From an uncultured Candidatus Saccharibacteria bacterium (GTDB lineage Bacteria; Patescibacteriota; Minisyncoccia; Phycocordibacterales; GCA-2401445), in contig CAYTAR010000005.1 in the NCBI GenBank assembly GCA_964436015.1, forward strand, positions 17,714-81,713: DNA of 64,000 bases, written 5' to 3'. The notes under the pieces were generated by a model. It did not search any database. It had not been told where the DNA came from and worked only from the letters and a program-made list of their open reading frames with translations. Positions within the stretch are counted from its first letter, which is position 1; each line of letters opens with the position of its first letter. Positions 39,862 through 49,722 of this stretch are shown one piece after another. The translations under genes and the position numbers were made by a program.

Positions 39862-40719
39862 CTAGGAAGCTAAGAAGGTTTGATAGTCCATTTCTTTTTT
39901 TCCTTCTGGTATCACGCGCATAATGGAAAGTGTCCCATCTCTGTATTCCGCGGAGACAATTTTTACTCTTATGCGCGCTCCATTTTTTTCAATAAAAAAA
40001 TAGGTCCCTGGCCACCCTTCAAGCGCGCGTATTTTGAGAAAATTTTTGTATGCGTCATCAGTGAGGGAAATTTCACCGTCAGTTTTTGTTATTTTTTTAC
40101 AGTATGTTGCTTCTGCGTGGTTCTGATCTTTCGGTAACAGTTCGCCCGCAAGGTAGGGAGTGATAGACTGAACCAAAAGTTCCCCTCCAATACTCGCAAG
40201 CGTATCGTGGAGTTCGTGAGCATGTGGTGGCCACGTCTCCGGTGTGTATGTTTTTTGTAGGAGGAGTGGTCCATGATCCATTTTTTCGTCCATAAGCATA
40301 ATACTCACCCCTGTATTTTTATCATCACTTAGTATCTGTGATTGTATTGGTGATGCGCCACGATACTTAGGTAGGAGGGAAGGGTGGACATTAAGAATAC
40401 CTTTACGAGGGATGCTAATAATACTCTGGGGGATTATTTTTCCGTATGAAGCGAGTACAAAAAAATCCCATGTTACTCCAGTTGTGTAAGGACGAATGGA
40501 TTCCAAAAAATTATCATCAAGTATTTCAGGTTGAATACTGGGAATGTTGAGTGTTTCGGCCATTACTTTTACGGGAGAAGGGGTGAGAATAAGTTTTCTC
40601 CCTTTTGGTTTATCAGGTGTCGTAACAATGAGTGATGGGCGCAAGTTGTGGGACAGGAGTTTAGCAAGCACAATTGTGCTAAATTCAGATGATCCGAAGA
40701 AAATGAATGTAGGAGGCAT
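39862..40719 (-). CDS. fmt: methionyl-tRNA formyltransferase
   Basis: GILNVHPSLLPKYRGASPIQ motif. Confidence 0.9.
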   Translation of the reverse strand: MPPTFIFFGSSEFSTIVLAKLLSHNLRPSLIVTTPDKPKGRKLILTPSPVKVMAETLNIPSIQPEILDDNFLESIRPYTTGVTWDFFVLASYGKIIPQSIISIPRKGILNVHPSLLPKYRGASPIQSQILSDDKNTGVSIMLMDEKMDHGPLLLQKTYTPETWPPHAHELHDTLASIGGELLVQSITPYLAGELLPKDQNHAEATYCKKITKTDGEISLTDDAYKNFLKIRALEGWPGTYFFIEKNGARIRVKIVSAEYRDGTLSIMRVIPEGKKEMDYQTFLAS

Positions 40720-40724
40720 AGTAA

Positions 40725-41234
40725 TTATTTTGTGTCTTGAGGAGGACTGTATTCAATATCAATCGCCTTATCAGTAAAGAGTATTCCATCAAGGTGGTCT
40801 ATTTCATGTTGAAAAATTTGAGCAAGTAGCTTTGTCGCTCCAAACCGCTTTTTATTCCCTTGTTCATCATATGCTTCCATGAGTACTTTTTCTGAGCGAA
40901 GTACTTTACCATATACCCACCGAATGGAGAGACATCCCTCTTCCATGAGCTGTTTTTTCTGAGATCGCTTCACTAGTACTGGATTGATAAATACCGTGTC
41001 GTTTGATGGAGGTTTCGCTCCTTTACTCAGAGGTATTTTTTTTGACACGATAAACATCCGTATTGACTCTCCTATTTGAGGAGCTGCAAGTCCTGCACCA
41101 TCGTTCTCACGATCAAGCGCTTCTCGCATGTCGGCAATGACCTGTTGTATGCGTTTGCTCTGTATATCAGCGATCGGTATCGGAGTTGCCACTTCACGGA
41201 GAACCGGTGCGTCTTTTTGAAGTATGGTTACCAT
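40725..41234 (-). CDS. def: peptide deformylase
   Basis: GLAAPQIG, EGCLS and HEIDHLDG motifs. Confidence 0.9.
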   Translation of the reverse strand: MVTILQKDAPVLREVATPIPIADIQSKRIQQVIADMREALDRENDGAGLAAPQIGESIRMFIVSKKIPLSKGAKPPSNDTVFINPVLVKRSQKKQLMEEGCLSIRWVYGKVLRSEKVLMEAYDEQGNKKRFGATKLLAQIFQHEIDHLDGILFTDKAIDIEYSPPQDTK

Positions 41235-41271
41235 ACGAGTACTATATCAGAAAGCAATTCTCAAACAACTG

Positions 41272-43155
41272 TTAGAGAATTGTTTCTGGATCAACAACAA
41301 GAGTGCTCTGTTGTGGGAGGGTAGCCAGTATTTGGATAAGGTTTTTATCAATCCAGTCGCGGTGCGACACAAAAATAATAAGGTGCATTGAGAATAGGCC
41401 TTTTTTCTGAACAAATGCTGGATATGTTTTTGGATTGTACTCGGTAAGTTTCTCGGAAATGTCGGTAATAGTTTTCTTTGCGCGTTCTTTTTTGTCAGTG
41501 ACCGTAATGCGAATAGGAACGCTAAACGGTGGGTAATTAAACTCTTGCCTGAGTGCTAGTTCAGTCCGGAGAAATTCAAGTAAACTACCACGCATCGCGA
41601 ATCCAAGTGTGGGGTCATTCGGTTCTCGTGTTTGAATAATAAACTGCTCAGTGCTATTTGATCGGAGTGTGGTTACGAGGGATACGATGCGTTCGTTAAT
41701 CCTAAAATCTGGAATGGCGAATAGCGAGTCAATTGAGACAATTCCTACAAAAGGGATTGGTTCTGCAAGGAAGTGTATCGCTGTTTCTGTTCCAACGAGA
41801 ATCCCTCCTGGTGTTTCTCTGAAAGCGGAATATATTTTTTTACCTTTGGCGTAGGTACTTGCGGTATCAGAGTCAAGATGGAACACTCGTGCGTTAGGGA
41901 ATTGTTCTTTAATTTCTTCAACGATGCGTTCGGTACCGATACCAAATGTCTTCAAGTTCCAACCGCCACACGTACGGCAGGTTTCTTTTGCTGAACGTTT
42001 TTCTCCGCATCGGTGACATAAGAAGACGTTCCCGCTTGCTGTTTTATGTAAGACTATGGTTTTGTTACATTGAGTGCACAGTACGACGCTCCCACAGTCG
42101 CCACAGAGTGTCTGTGGGGCTAGTCCTCGTTTTGCATTGAACAAGAAGAGTTGTTTGCTTTCATCATGCGCCCGCTCAATTAGTTTTTTGAGTGGGTGAG
42201 TGAGCACGCTCCACGGTTCGTTGTTTTCAACCGCCTTTTTTCGTTCTTCTTCTACATCAACTATCGTACAGACCGCGTTCGTAAGTGGTCTGAAGGTGAG
42301 AGAAGAAATAAGAGCTGGGTCTGTATCCTCAATTGTTTTAAATGTTTCAAGTGAGAGCACAGTATCTGCACGTACCAGTCGTATGCGAGATGCGCGAGCA
42401 AAAGCTTCAATGTAGTAGGTATAAGAAATAAAAGGTTGTGCGTGTGTTCGGTACGCGCGAGATGCTTCGCGTTCAATAATAATGGTTCGAACATCAGGGC
42501 GTGGGAGTGCAAGGAATGGAGGAGTTGCAATGAGAAGGATTGGATGTGGGTCATGTACCGCGCGTTCAGCAGTCTCTTTTTGTTGTTTTTTAGTAAGCGT
42601 CCCATGGAGTACGTAGGTGTACGCTTCTATTCCGCGCGAAAGGGTAGTGAACAGTTTCTCTGCATCGTGCTGTGTTGGCACTATGATGCAGACTGACTCT
42701 TTTTGGGCGAATGACTCTCGCACAATACTCTTGTACTGAGCAAACCGGTCTGCATCTGTCGCTTGAATGTATTGTTGTTCAAATAGTGTACTGGTACCCC
42801 TCTGTTTCCCTGGCGAGTATTCTCCTTCTGAGAGCGCGTGTGCAATGGTATGAAAAAGGATACCTCCGACGTTTGTTGCGTAGTAATCCGCACACTGCTT
42901 GCTTGCAGTAATAACCGCAGGGTCAAATGTCACATGAGTTTGCTTTGGATGAATTTTCCGTAATGCAAACCGTGCGCCCTTTATGTGAGTCTTCTCTTTT
43001 TCTGCTGGCGTTGAATGTATCACCAGTGCGCGTGTGTTTTTCCCCCTGAGTGGCACAGATATGACCGCTCCTTCAGGCACATCAACACTGCAGAAGTAAG
43101 ACAAGTGCCCTACACGCGAGTTGCGTGATATTGGAATAACGGATATAAGAAACAT
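41272..43155 (-). CDS. priA: primosomal protein N' (PriA) helicase-like
   Basis: Cys-rich zinc-binding insertion (CGDCG...CTQC...CHRCG...CRTCGG) within helicase C-terminal region; N-terminal ATPase motifs are divergent. Confidence 0.65.
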   Translation of the reverse strand: MFLISVIPISRNSRVGHLSYFCSVDVPEGAVISVPLRGKNTRALVIHSTPAEKEKTHIKGARFALRKIHPKQTHVTFDPAVITASKQCADYYATNVGGILFHTIAHALSEGEYSPGKQRGTSTLFEQQYIQATDADRFAQYKSIVRESFAQKESVCIIVPTQHDAEKLFTTLSRGIEAYTYVLHGTLTKKQQKETAERAVHDPHPILLIATPPFLALPRPDVRTIIIEREASRAYRTHAQPFISYTYYIEAFARASRIRLVRADTVLSLETFKTIEDTDPALISSLTFRPLTNAVCTIVDVEEERKKAVENNEPWSVLTHPLKKLIERAHDESKQLFLFNAKRGLAPQTLCGDCGSVVLCTQCNKTIVLHKTASGNVFLCHRCGEKRSAKETCRTCGGWNLKTFGIGTERIVEEIKEQFPNARVFHLDSDTASTYAKGKKIYSAFRETPGGILVGTETAIHFLAEPIPFVGIVSIDSLFAIPDFRINERIVSLVTTLRSNSTEQFIIQTREPNDPTLGFAMRGSLLEFLRTELALRQEFNYPPFSVPIRITVTDKKERAKKTITDISEKLTEYNPKTYPAFVQKKGLFSMHLIIFVSHRDWIDKNLIQILATLPQQSTLVVDPETIL

Positions 43156-43156
43156 A

Positions 43157-43921
43157 TTATGGAATAATCTGCTCTAACGTGTCGCCATTGAGCACGTATA
43201 GTGAACCATCATTTCCAGGAGAGAATCGCACGTTAGATCCACGATAGAGAGGTTGGAAGTTTTGAGGAATTCGCGTATCTATTTCAATAGCGAGAATATC
43301 TGTGTTGGTGCTAAAAATTACCACATCATTCCAGTTATCAAGGAAACCAACAGAGGTAATTGGTACAATGGGCTTAACGATTTGTTTTTCTCCGGAACAT
43401 GGCGTTACTTCGTCACTACAGAATGAGCGTGGGGGAGTGCTGGTTCCATTCCATGAGACGACTAGCGCTCCGTCATCTATGAATGCGAAAATATCTCCTT
43501 GTGGAGAGCGTAATGGCATATCACGAGTTGGGAGAATTGAGTTTTCAACGGTGTTTCGTATGGTGGTGTATTCAGGGTCGTTTTGAGGAATGAGAAAACC
43601 TCGTGTGTTACGTGAGAAGAGGAAGGGGTGCATGGTGAGTTGCTCTCCTGAATCTACTTCAAATTGCTTTGACCAAGGGAATAGGCCATCATGCGAAACA
43701 ATGATACTGTGTGTCCCACGAGAGATGGTACTGGTGAATGTTTGGTTTGATATACTTCCAGATTCTTTCTCGTTTATGTACACTGTTGCGCCGTCATAGG
43801 GTGCGATAATAGTGAGTACTGCCTTTGTAGAACCACTATACGCAGTGGCAATATAGACGACACCTATGGTGACGAGTAGCCCTATAAGGAGTATTCCAAT
43901 GGTCCAGTTGCGTTTCTTCAT
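43157..43921 (-). CDS. membrane-anchored hypothetical protein
   Basis: N-terminal TM helix followed by a beta-rich extracellular region; no domain recognised. Confidence 0.45.
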   Translation of the reverse strand: MKKRNWTIGILLIGLLVTIGVVYIATAYSGSTKAVLTIIAPYDGATVYINEKESGSISNQTFTSTISRGTHSIIVSHDGLFPWSKQFEVDSGEQLTMHPFLFSRNTRGFLIPQNDPEYTTIRNTVENSILPTRDMPLRSPQGDIFAFIDDGALVVSWNGTSTPPRSFCSDEVTPCSGEKQIVKPIVPITSVGFLDNWNDVVIFSTNTDILAIEIDTRIPQNFQPLYRGSNVRFSPGNDGSLYVLNGDTLEQIIP

Positions 43922-43963
43922 ATCTACATACTTACAAAAAAGAGAGACTTTGACAACTAGTGG

Positions 43964-45499
43964 CTACTTTTCTCTCAAAATACTGATGCGCGCACCGAGG
44001 CTGTTGAGTCGTTTAATAATATCCTCGTACCCACGGTTAATACTATAAATATTTCGAAGGATTGAACGACCGTGTGCTCCGAGCATCCCAATTAGAATAA
44101 TTGCCCCTGGGCGAAGTGCGGGTGGGCAAATAACCTCAGCTGGTTTGAGTGTGCTTGGTCCAAGTATAAGTATGCGGTGTGGATCAAGGAGTACTGTGTC
44201 TGCACCAAGTTTGTCTAATTCTTTGTAGTGTATTGCTCGTTTTTCATACACCCAATCATGAATCATCGTCTGACCAGCCGCCTGTGTTGCAATAAGTGCA
44301 AAAAATGGAAGGTTGTCTATGTTGAGTCCTGGGTACGGGCGACATTCAATTTTTTCTGGAAGTGCGCGGAGTTTTGACTTTTTAACCACCAGGTCAACGA
44401 GTTCAGTTTTATTATTGTGCGAAAGGTATATATTGCTTTGTGTGTACCGCAGACCCATTGTCTTAAGTTTGAGAAGTTCAAGTTCAAGAAAACGGATAGG
44501 CGCTCGTTTTATGGTAATGGTTGATTGTGTGGTGATTGCAGTCGCGATAAAAAACATTGCATCAATTGGATCTTCAGCAAGGTGGTAGGTAACATCGGTA
44601 TGTATGCGTGAAAGTCCTCGCACCGTGAGGGTGCTGGTTCCTATTCCTTCAATACCAACTCCAAGGAGCTCCAGGAAAAAACACAGCTCTTGCACTTGGT
44701 AGTTCGCAGATGCATACCTAATCACGGTCGTTCCTGGTGTGGTCGCTGCTGCCATAAGCGCATTTTCAGTTACCGTATCTCCAGATTCATACAGTACGAT
44801 GTCTTTTGGCGAACGTGTGGTACTTGTTATTTCATACGAGTTGGGAGTTTCTACTATTTGTGCACCAAATGATTCAAGCGCGAGAAAGTGCGGGTGTACC
44901 GTTCTACTTCCAAGTTTACATCCACCTGGTTGTGGGATGGTAAATTGTTTGTAGCGATGGAGGAGGGGGCCAATCATCATGATTATACTGCGGGTTTTCT
45001 CTGCCGAAACGGTATTCATATTCTTGAAATGCAATTGCTCAGGAACCGTTATTTCAAGAGAAGTTTCTTTTCTTTGTACTTTTACTCCAATACTTACGAG
45101 TACTTCAATAATTCTGTTTACCTCTTCAATCTTCGGTACGTCAATGAGTGTAGTTTTCCCTGTATTCAAGAGTGAAGCAAACAGAAGTGCAACCGCAGCA
45201 TTTTTTGAAGTTCGTGTTTCTATGGTTCCTGAGAGGGGGGTTCCTCCGTGTATCTCAACATTGAGCGCACCATCTGATAGTTCAACTATATCGCGCTCAA
45301 GTGCGTCACTGATACTCGCAAGGAGTGCAGTAGAGACATTTTGCTCTCCATTTTCTATACGTGCGATGGCGCTTTGAGTAGTGTTAATACGTTTTGCTAA
45401 TTCTGCCTGAGTCAGATTTTTTTCTTCACGAAGTTTTTGAATAAGTGAGCCGATAAGTACAAGTTTGTTTATGGGTGTTTGTGGTGTGCGTTTTTTCAT
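43964..45499 (-). CDS. murA: UDP-N-acetylglucosamine 1-carboxyvinyltransferase with N-terminal XRE-type HTH domain fusion
   Basis: N-terminal LTQAELAKRINTTQSAIARIENG HTH_3 motif then MurA blocks (SKNAAVALLFASLL...); start at MKKRTP, supported by TTGAAC-17-TATGAT promoter 7 nt upstream. Confidence 0.8.
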   Translation of the reverse strand: MKKRTPQTPINKLVLIGSLIQKLREEKNLTQAELAKRINTTQSAIARIENGEQNVSTALLASISDALERDIVELSDGALNVEIHGGTPLSGTIETRTSKNAAVALLFASLLNTGKTTLIDVPKIEEVNRIIEVLVSIGVKVQRKETSLEITVPEQLHFKNMNTVSAEKTRSIIMMIGPLLHRYKQFTIPQPGGCKLGSRTVHPHFLALESFGAQIVETPNSYEITSTTRSPKDIVLYESGDTVTENALMAAATTPGTTVIRYASANYQVQELCFFLELLGVGIEGIGTSTLTVRGLSRIHTDVTYHLAEDPIDAMFFIATAITTQSTITIKRAPIRFLELELLKLKTMGLRYTQSNIYLSHNNKTELVDLVVKKSKLRALPEKIECRPYPGLNIDNLPFFALIATQAAGQTMIHDWVYEKRAIHYKELDKLGADTVLLDPHRILILGPSTLKPAEVICPPALRPGAIILIGMLGAHGRSILRNIYSINRGYEDIIKRLNSLGARISILREK

Positions 45500-45505
45500 T
45501 ACAAA

Positions 45506-45535
45506 ATCATAGCATATATGTGATATATGTTCAAA
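45506..45535 (-). promoter_or_regulatory. sigma70-like promoter of the HTH-murA gene (near-leaderless)
   Basis: On the minus strand, TTGAAC - 17 nt - TATGAT, ending 7 nt before the ATG. Confidence 0.45.
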
Positions 45536-45668
45536 ATGAACCATGTTGGGATAAAAATTATCTTTGAGCAAAAAAGCTTATGAATTGGCAGTGCCAGTGA
45601 GTTTTCATGAGTCGGTAGTTACAACACTCATTTACGGCACCAGTGCTACTCTGGTATGATGGAGTGAT

Positions 45669-46682
45669 ATGGGATTTTTTACTCACAAGATTGGTATTGA
45701 TTTGGGAACCGCAAACACGTTGGTCTACGTACCAAAGCGTGGCGTTGTGGTGAATGAGCCATCAGTAGTTGCAGTCTCAGAGCTTGATAATAGAATTCTT
45801 GCGGTAGGACTGGAGGCAAAAAATATGGTTGGACGAACTCCAGATAATATTATTGCGTATCGCCCTATGCGAGACGGGGTGATTGCCGATTATCGGGTTA
45901 CAGAGGCAATGCTCCGATATTACATTAAGAAGGCGCTTGGCCGTTGGAATATTTTGAAACCTGACGTTCTCGTCTCGGTGCCCGCGGGCGTTACTTCAAC
46001 CGAGCGACGTGCTGTGATTGAGGCAGCAATGAAGGCGGGAGCTCGGAATGCGTACGTGGTAAAGGAGCCAATTCTTGCAGCAATTGGTGCAGGTATTCCT
46101 ATTCATGAAGCAAAGGGGAGAATGATTGTTGATATCGGTGGCGGTACTACTGATGTGGCGGTTATATCGCTTGGAGGAATTGTTGCGTGTACCTCAGTGA
46201 AGTGTGCGGGTGATCGGATTGATAGTGCCATTGCTGACTATGTAAAGAAGACTTTTAATCTTGCTATTGGAGATAAGACTGCAGAGGAGATAAAGATGAA
46301 AGTGGGCACTGCCGTTCCACTAGAAGACCAGCTCGGCATGGTCATCAAGGGAAGAGATTACATTACCGGGCTTCCTCGAACCGCAGAAATACAAAGTAAC
46401 GAAATCGTGAAAGCTATTGCAAAAGAACTTCGTGAGATGGTAAAGGCAATTAAAGATGTGCTACAAGATACTCCTCCAGAATTATCTGCAGATATTATTG
46501 ATCACGGAATTACGATGACCGGAGGGACTTCACAGCTAAAAAATCTTCCAGAGCTCGTATATCGTCGCACGGGGGTAAAGGCGGTACTTGCTGACAACCC
46601 GCTCTACTGTGTAGCGCGGGGAACCGGTATTGCGCTTGAGCATTTGGAAACATACAAAAAGAGCATTATCACCAAACGGTAG
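45669..46682 (+). CDS. mreB: rod shape-determining protein MreB (copy 1)
   Basis: IGIDLGTANTLVY actin-fold N-terminus. Confidence 0.9.
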   Translation: MGFFTHKIGIDLGTANTLVYVPKRGVVVNEPSVVAVSELDNRILAVGLEAKNMVGRTPDNIIAYRPMRDGVIADYRVTEAMLRYYIKKALGRWNILKPDVLVSVPAGVTSTERRAVIEAAMKAGARNAYVVKEPILAAIGAGIPIHEAKGRMIVDIGGGTTDVAVISLGGIVACTSVKCAGDRIDSAIADYVKKTFNLAIGDKTAEEIKMKVGTAVPLEDQLGMVIKGRDYITGLPRTAEIQSNEIVKAIAKELREMVKAIKDVLQDTPPELSADIIDHGITMTGGTSQLKNLPELVYRRTGVKAVLADNPLYCVARGTGIALEHLETYKKSIITKR

Positions 46683-46833
46683 CAAGACAACTTCTCTCGA
46701 TGATGTATACTAAGGGTAGTCGTACACACATAGGTAAGGAGGTCATACGTTTGGTTGTTTGGGAAAACAAATCAATATACACCATGTGTGCGCAGGTTCG
46801 GCGATAGCCGAACCTGCTTTATACTATAGAGAT

Positions 46834-47472
46834 ATGCATTCATACATCATAGAAGGATCATATGAATTGGTGCGTCCACATATTCGCGAGTTTTGCGAAC
46901 GTACATTTAATATCACCACTAGTGCGAATTCAGATTTCATAGAACTTACCTTTGTTCAGTGTGGTGTGGAAGGAGCTCTCACGGTCCGTCAATTTCATAA
47001 TCAAAAATCATTCACCGGAATGAGAGTTATTGTATGCTCATTTGTTTCTATGACACATGAGGCACAAAATGCACTTTTGAAAACACTTGAAGAGCCGAAT
47101 GCAAACGTGTGTATTATTCTTGCGCCACGCAGTGCACACGCGCTCATACCTACGATACATTCACGAGTAACACGTCTGCCTTCCATCCAAACTGATACAC
47201 CTTCTGTTCTTGATACAACCACAGATAGTTTTCTTGAGGGTACACTTTTGACGCGTCTCAGTATTGTTGAAAAAATTCTCTCAGATATAGAGGAGGAGAA
47301 GAAAACAAAAGCAGATGTGGTTTCTTTTATTGAAGGACTGCTTAGTACACTGCACTCTCGAGTACCGTCTGATTGGGTAAAGCTTGATCGAGTGCAAAAA
47401 GTACGGAGTATGTTTTTTGACCGTACGCAATCTACTAAGCAACTACTGGAGTATATTGCATACACTCTATAA
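46834..47472 (+). CDS. holB: DNA polymerase III delta' subunit-like clamp-loader protein
   Basis: QNALLKTLEEP...ILAP...IPTIHSRV sensor/lid blocks with a degenerate Walker A; the internal ATG follows a terminator-like hairpin. Confidence 0.65.
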   Translation: MHSYIIEGSYELVRPHIREFCERTFNITTSANSDFIELTFVQCGVEGALTVRQFHNQKSFTGMRVIVCSFVSMTHEAQNALLKTLEEPNANVCIILAPRSAHALIPTIHSRVTRLPSIQTDTPSVLDTTTDSFLEGTLLTRLSIVEKILSDIEEEKKTKADVVSFIEGLLSTLHSRVPSDWVKLDRVQKVRSMFFDRTQSTKQLLEYIAYTL

Positions 47473-47474
47473 TT

Positions 47475-47503
47475 TGCTTTTGTTTATATTTTGTGTTATA
47501 ATA
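47475..47503 (+). promoter_or_regulatory. sigma70-like promoter
   Basis: TTGCTT - 17 nt - TATAAT located 18 nt upstream of the ATG at 47522. Confidence 0.45.
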
Positions 47504-47521
47504 TAAAAAAGGTTCTTAATA

Positions 47522-47947
47522 ATGAAATCCCGTGGTTTTGGTTTGATCGTTGACCAGGAAAAGGGTGTGCGAGTAACGAGTTTACTACGTGCACTTTCGG
47601 ACGCACAGGGTAGAGAGTCGGAGCGCCATTTTTTTCGTGTTGTGTCTGGCATGGTGTTCCCTGTGTGGCTTGATTCAATTATACCTGCGACACAAGAGCA
47701 AGATTTGTGCGAGGGAATTGATTTTGTAGCCAAGACTGATATTGGTGATATTCCCATTCAGATCAAGTCTTCCAGATTAGGGTTGAAAAATTTTGTGGAA
47801 GGAAAACACAAGGGTAGGTACGATAGGGATATATTTGTATTCATCGTGCGCGGAACTGATAGTCCGGAGCGTGTCCGGTCTGTTTTTCTTCAACTTTTTT
47901 CCCGCTGGAGGAGAAAGCTCATGCGGTGTCGCAGTAAGCTTGAGTAA
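47522..47947 (+). CDS. hypothetical protein with Hjc-like PD-(D/E)xK core (QxK variant)
   Basis: IDFVAKTDIGDIPIQIKSS resembles the motif in the 32709 gene and Hjc (D..K..IEVK); has own promoter and terminator. Confidence 0.45.
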   Translation: MKSRGFGLIVDQEKGVRVTSLLRALSDAQGRESERHFFRVVSGMVFPVWLDSIIPATQEQDLCEGIDFVAKTDIGDIPIQIKSSRLGLKNFVEGKHKGRYDRDIFVFIVRGTDSPERVRSVFLQLFSRWRRKLMRCRSKLE

Positions 47948-47980
47948 ACAGAGTAGCAACCTTGCTACTCTGTTTTTTTA
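47947..47980 (+). terminator. rho-independent terminator
   Basis: AAACAGAGTAGCAA-cc-TTGCTACTCTGTTT followed by TTTTTTA. Confidence 0.7.
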
Positions 47981-48015
47981 TTGCTTGAAATACTACTCCT
48001 TGATACAATACTCCC

Positions 48016-48567
48016 ATGGCGTATTCATTTTCTTCACTTGAAACAAAGCTCGCTGACATTCAAAAGTGGTTGTCACGGGAATTTGGAAATATTAGAACAG
48101 GGCGTGCAACTCCGACACTTCTTGATAGTATTTTTGTTGAGTCGTACGGTGCAAAAATGCCGATAGTGCAGGTGGCTTCTATGACGACTGAAGACGCACG
48201 AACACTCCGTGTTGTTCCGTGGGATCAGAGTCTACTCCGTGCAATTGAAAAGGCTATTACCGATGCAGGTCTTGGAGTGTCAGTTGGGGTTGATGATAAA
48301 GGAGTACGAGTATTTTTCCCCGAACTCACCAATGAACGAAGACAAGCACTTCTCAAAGTTGCGAAAGACAAGTTAGAGGATGCTCGTATTTCAGTAAAAA
48401 AGGAGCGAGATTTTGTATGGTCTGATATTCAAGCAAAAGAGAAAGAGGGAGAGTTGAGTGAAGATGAAAAATTCAAACTCAAGGATGAGATGCAAAAACG
48501 AATTGATGCCATGAACGGCTCACTTGATGAAATGCTTACCAGAAAGATTCAGGAAATACAAAACTAA
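48016..48567 (+). CDS. frr: ribosome recycling factor
   Basis: Frr-family sequence over the full length (…RTGRATP…). Confidence 0.9.
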   Translation: MAYSFSSLETKLADIQKWLSREFGNIRTGRATPTLLDSIFVESYGAKMPIVQVASMTTEDARTLRVVPWDQSLLRAIEKAITDAGLGVSVGVDDKGVRVFFPELTNERRQALLKVAKDKLEDARISVKKERDFVWSDIQAKEKEGELSEDEKFKLKDEMQKRIDAMNGSLDEMLTRKIQEIQN

Positions 48568-49664
48568 TGGTTACTGTTATTTTATTCATTGCGATTTTAG
48601 CAATTTTGGTTTTTGTGCATGAGCTTGGTCACTTTTTGGTTGCAAAGCGTGCAGGAATTCGGGTTGATGAGTTTGGTCTCGGATTTCCTCCACGCATTTG
48701 GGGAAAGCAGGTAGGGGAAACCTTGTATTCGATAAACGCAATCCCGTTCGGTGGGTTTGTAAAAATTTTTGGTGAGAATCCTGATGCTGAGGCGATTTCA
48801 GGAGCAGATAGCAGTAGAAGTTTTGTTAACCAGAACCGACTCACGCAGGCAGCGGTTTTAGTGGCGGGTGTAACTTTTAATTTACTTTTTGCATGGCTGT
48901 TATTCTCACTTATGTTCATGGTTGGTTTTCCAGCATCTTCCTACGATAACGAGAATGTGTTAAATGCACGAGTTATGATTACGTCCGTAAAGGAAGGAAG
49001 TCCGGCTCAAGGTGCTGGCATTATTCCCGGTGATAGTATTATTCAGCTTGAGCATTCAGGTGTAGCTCTTTCTGGTAAAGACGTAACTATTGAGTCAGTG
49101 ATGTCTGGAATACAGAGCGCTGGAACAAATGAAATTTCAATAACTCTTTTACGTGGTGAAGAAGAGGTTGTGGTAACCGCAACTCCAGAGACAGGGATTG
49201 TGTCGGACGGCGTAGCGCTTGGGGTTTCGCTTGATATGATCGGCACACTTAAGGTGTCTCCTCTTAAAGCAGTTGCATACGGTTTTATTCAGGTCCGAGA
49301 CATGATTAGCGCGATTACCGTATCACTGTATGACCTTGCGGTGAGTGCGGTGCGTGGCGAAGGGAGTGTGCTCTCGCAAGTAACTGGACCGGTGGGCATT
49401 GTAGGATTGGTGGGAGATGCGTCACGTTTGGGATGGGTCTATTTGATAAACTTTACGGCAATGATTTCAATTCACTTAGCTATTATCAACCTTGTTCCAT
49501 TTCCAGCACTTGACGGAGGTAGGCTACTTTTTGTTGGAATTGAGACGATTATCAGACGAAATATTCCTATGCGTTTTGCAAACTACGCGAACGCAATTGG
49601 TTTTCTCCTATTGCTTACCTTGATGGCGATTGTCACCGTGAGTGATATTGCTCGTTTATTCTAG
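48567..49664 (+). CDS. rseP: RIP metalloprotease RseP (site-2 protease) with PDZ domain
   Basis: HELGHFLVAKRAG HExxH motif in TM1, a PDZ region and the C-terminal LDGG motif. Confidence 0.9.
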   Translation: MVTVILFIAILAILVFVHELGHFLVAKRAGIRVDEFGLGFPPRIWGKQVGETLYSINAIPFGGFVKIFGENPDAEAISGADSSRSFVNQNRLTQAAVLVAGVTFNLLFAWLLFSLMFMVGFPASSYDNENVLNARVMITSVKEGSPAQGAGIIPGDSIIQLEHSGVALSGKDVTIESVMSGIQSAGTNEISITLLRGEEEVVVTATPETGIVSDGVALGVSLDMIGTLKVSPLKAVAYGFIQVRDMISAITVSLYDLAVSAVRGEGSVLSQVTGPVGIVGLVGDASRLGWVYLINFTAMISIHLAIINLVPFPALDGGRLLFVGIETIIRRNIPMRFANYANAIGFLLLLTLMAIVTVSDIARLF

Positions 49665-49722
49665 CTGTGTGTCGTTTTTAGCACGTATTGAGAAAGTATT
49701 CGCTTTGCGATAGAATTGACCA

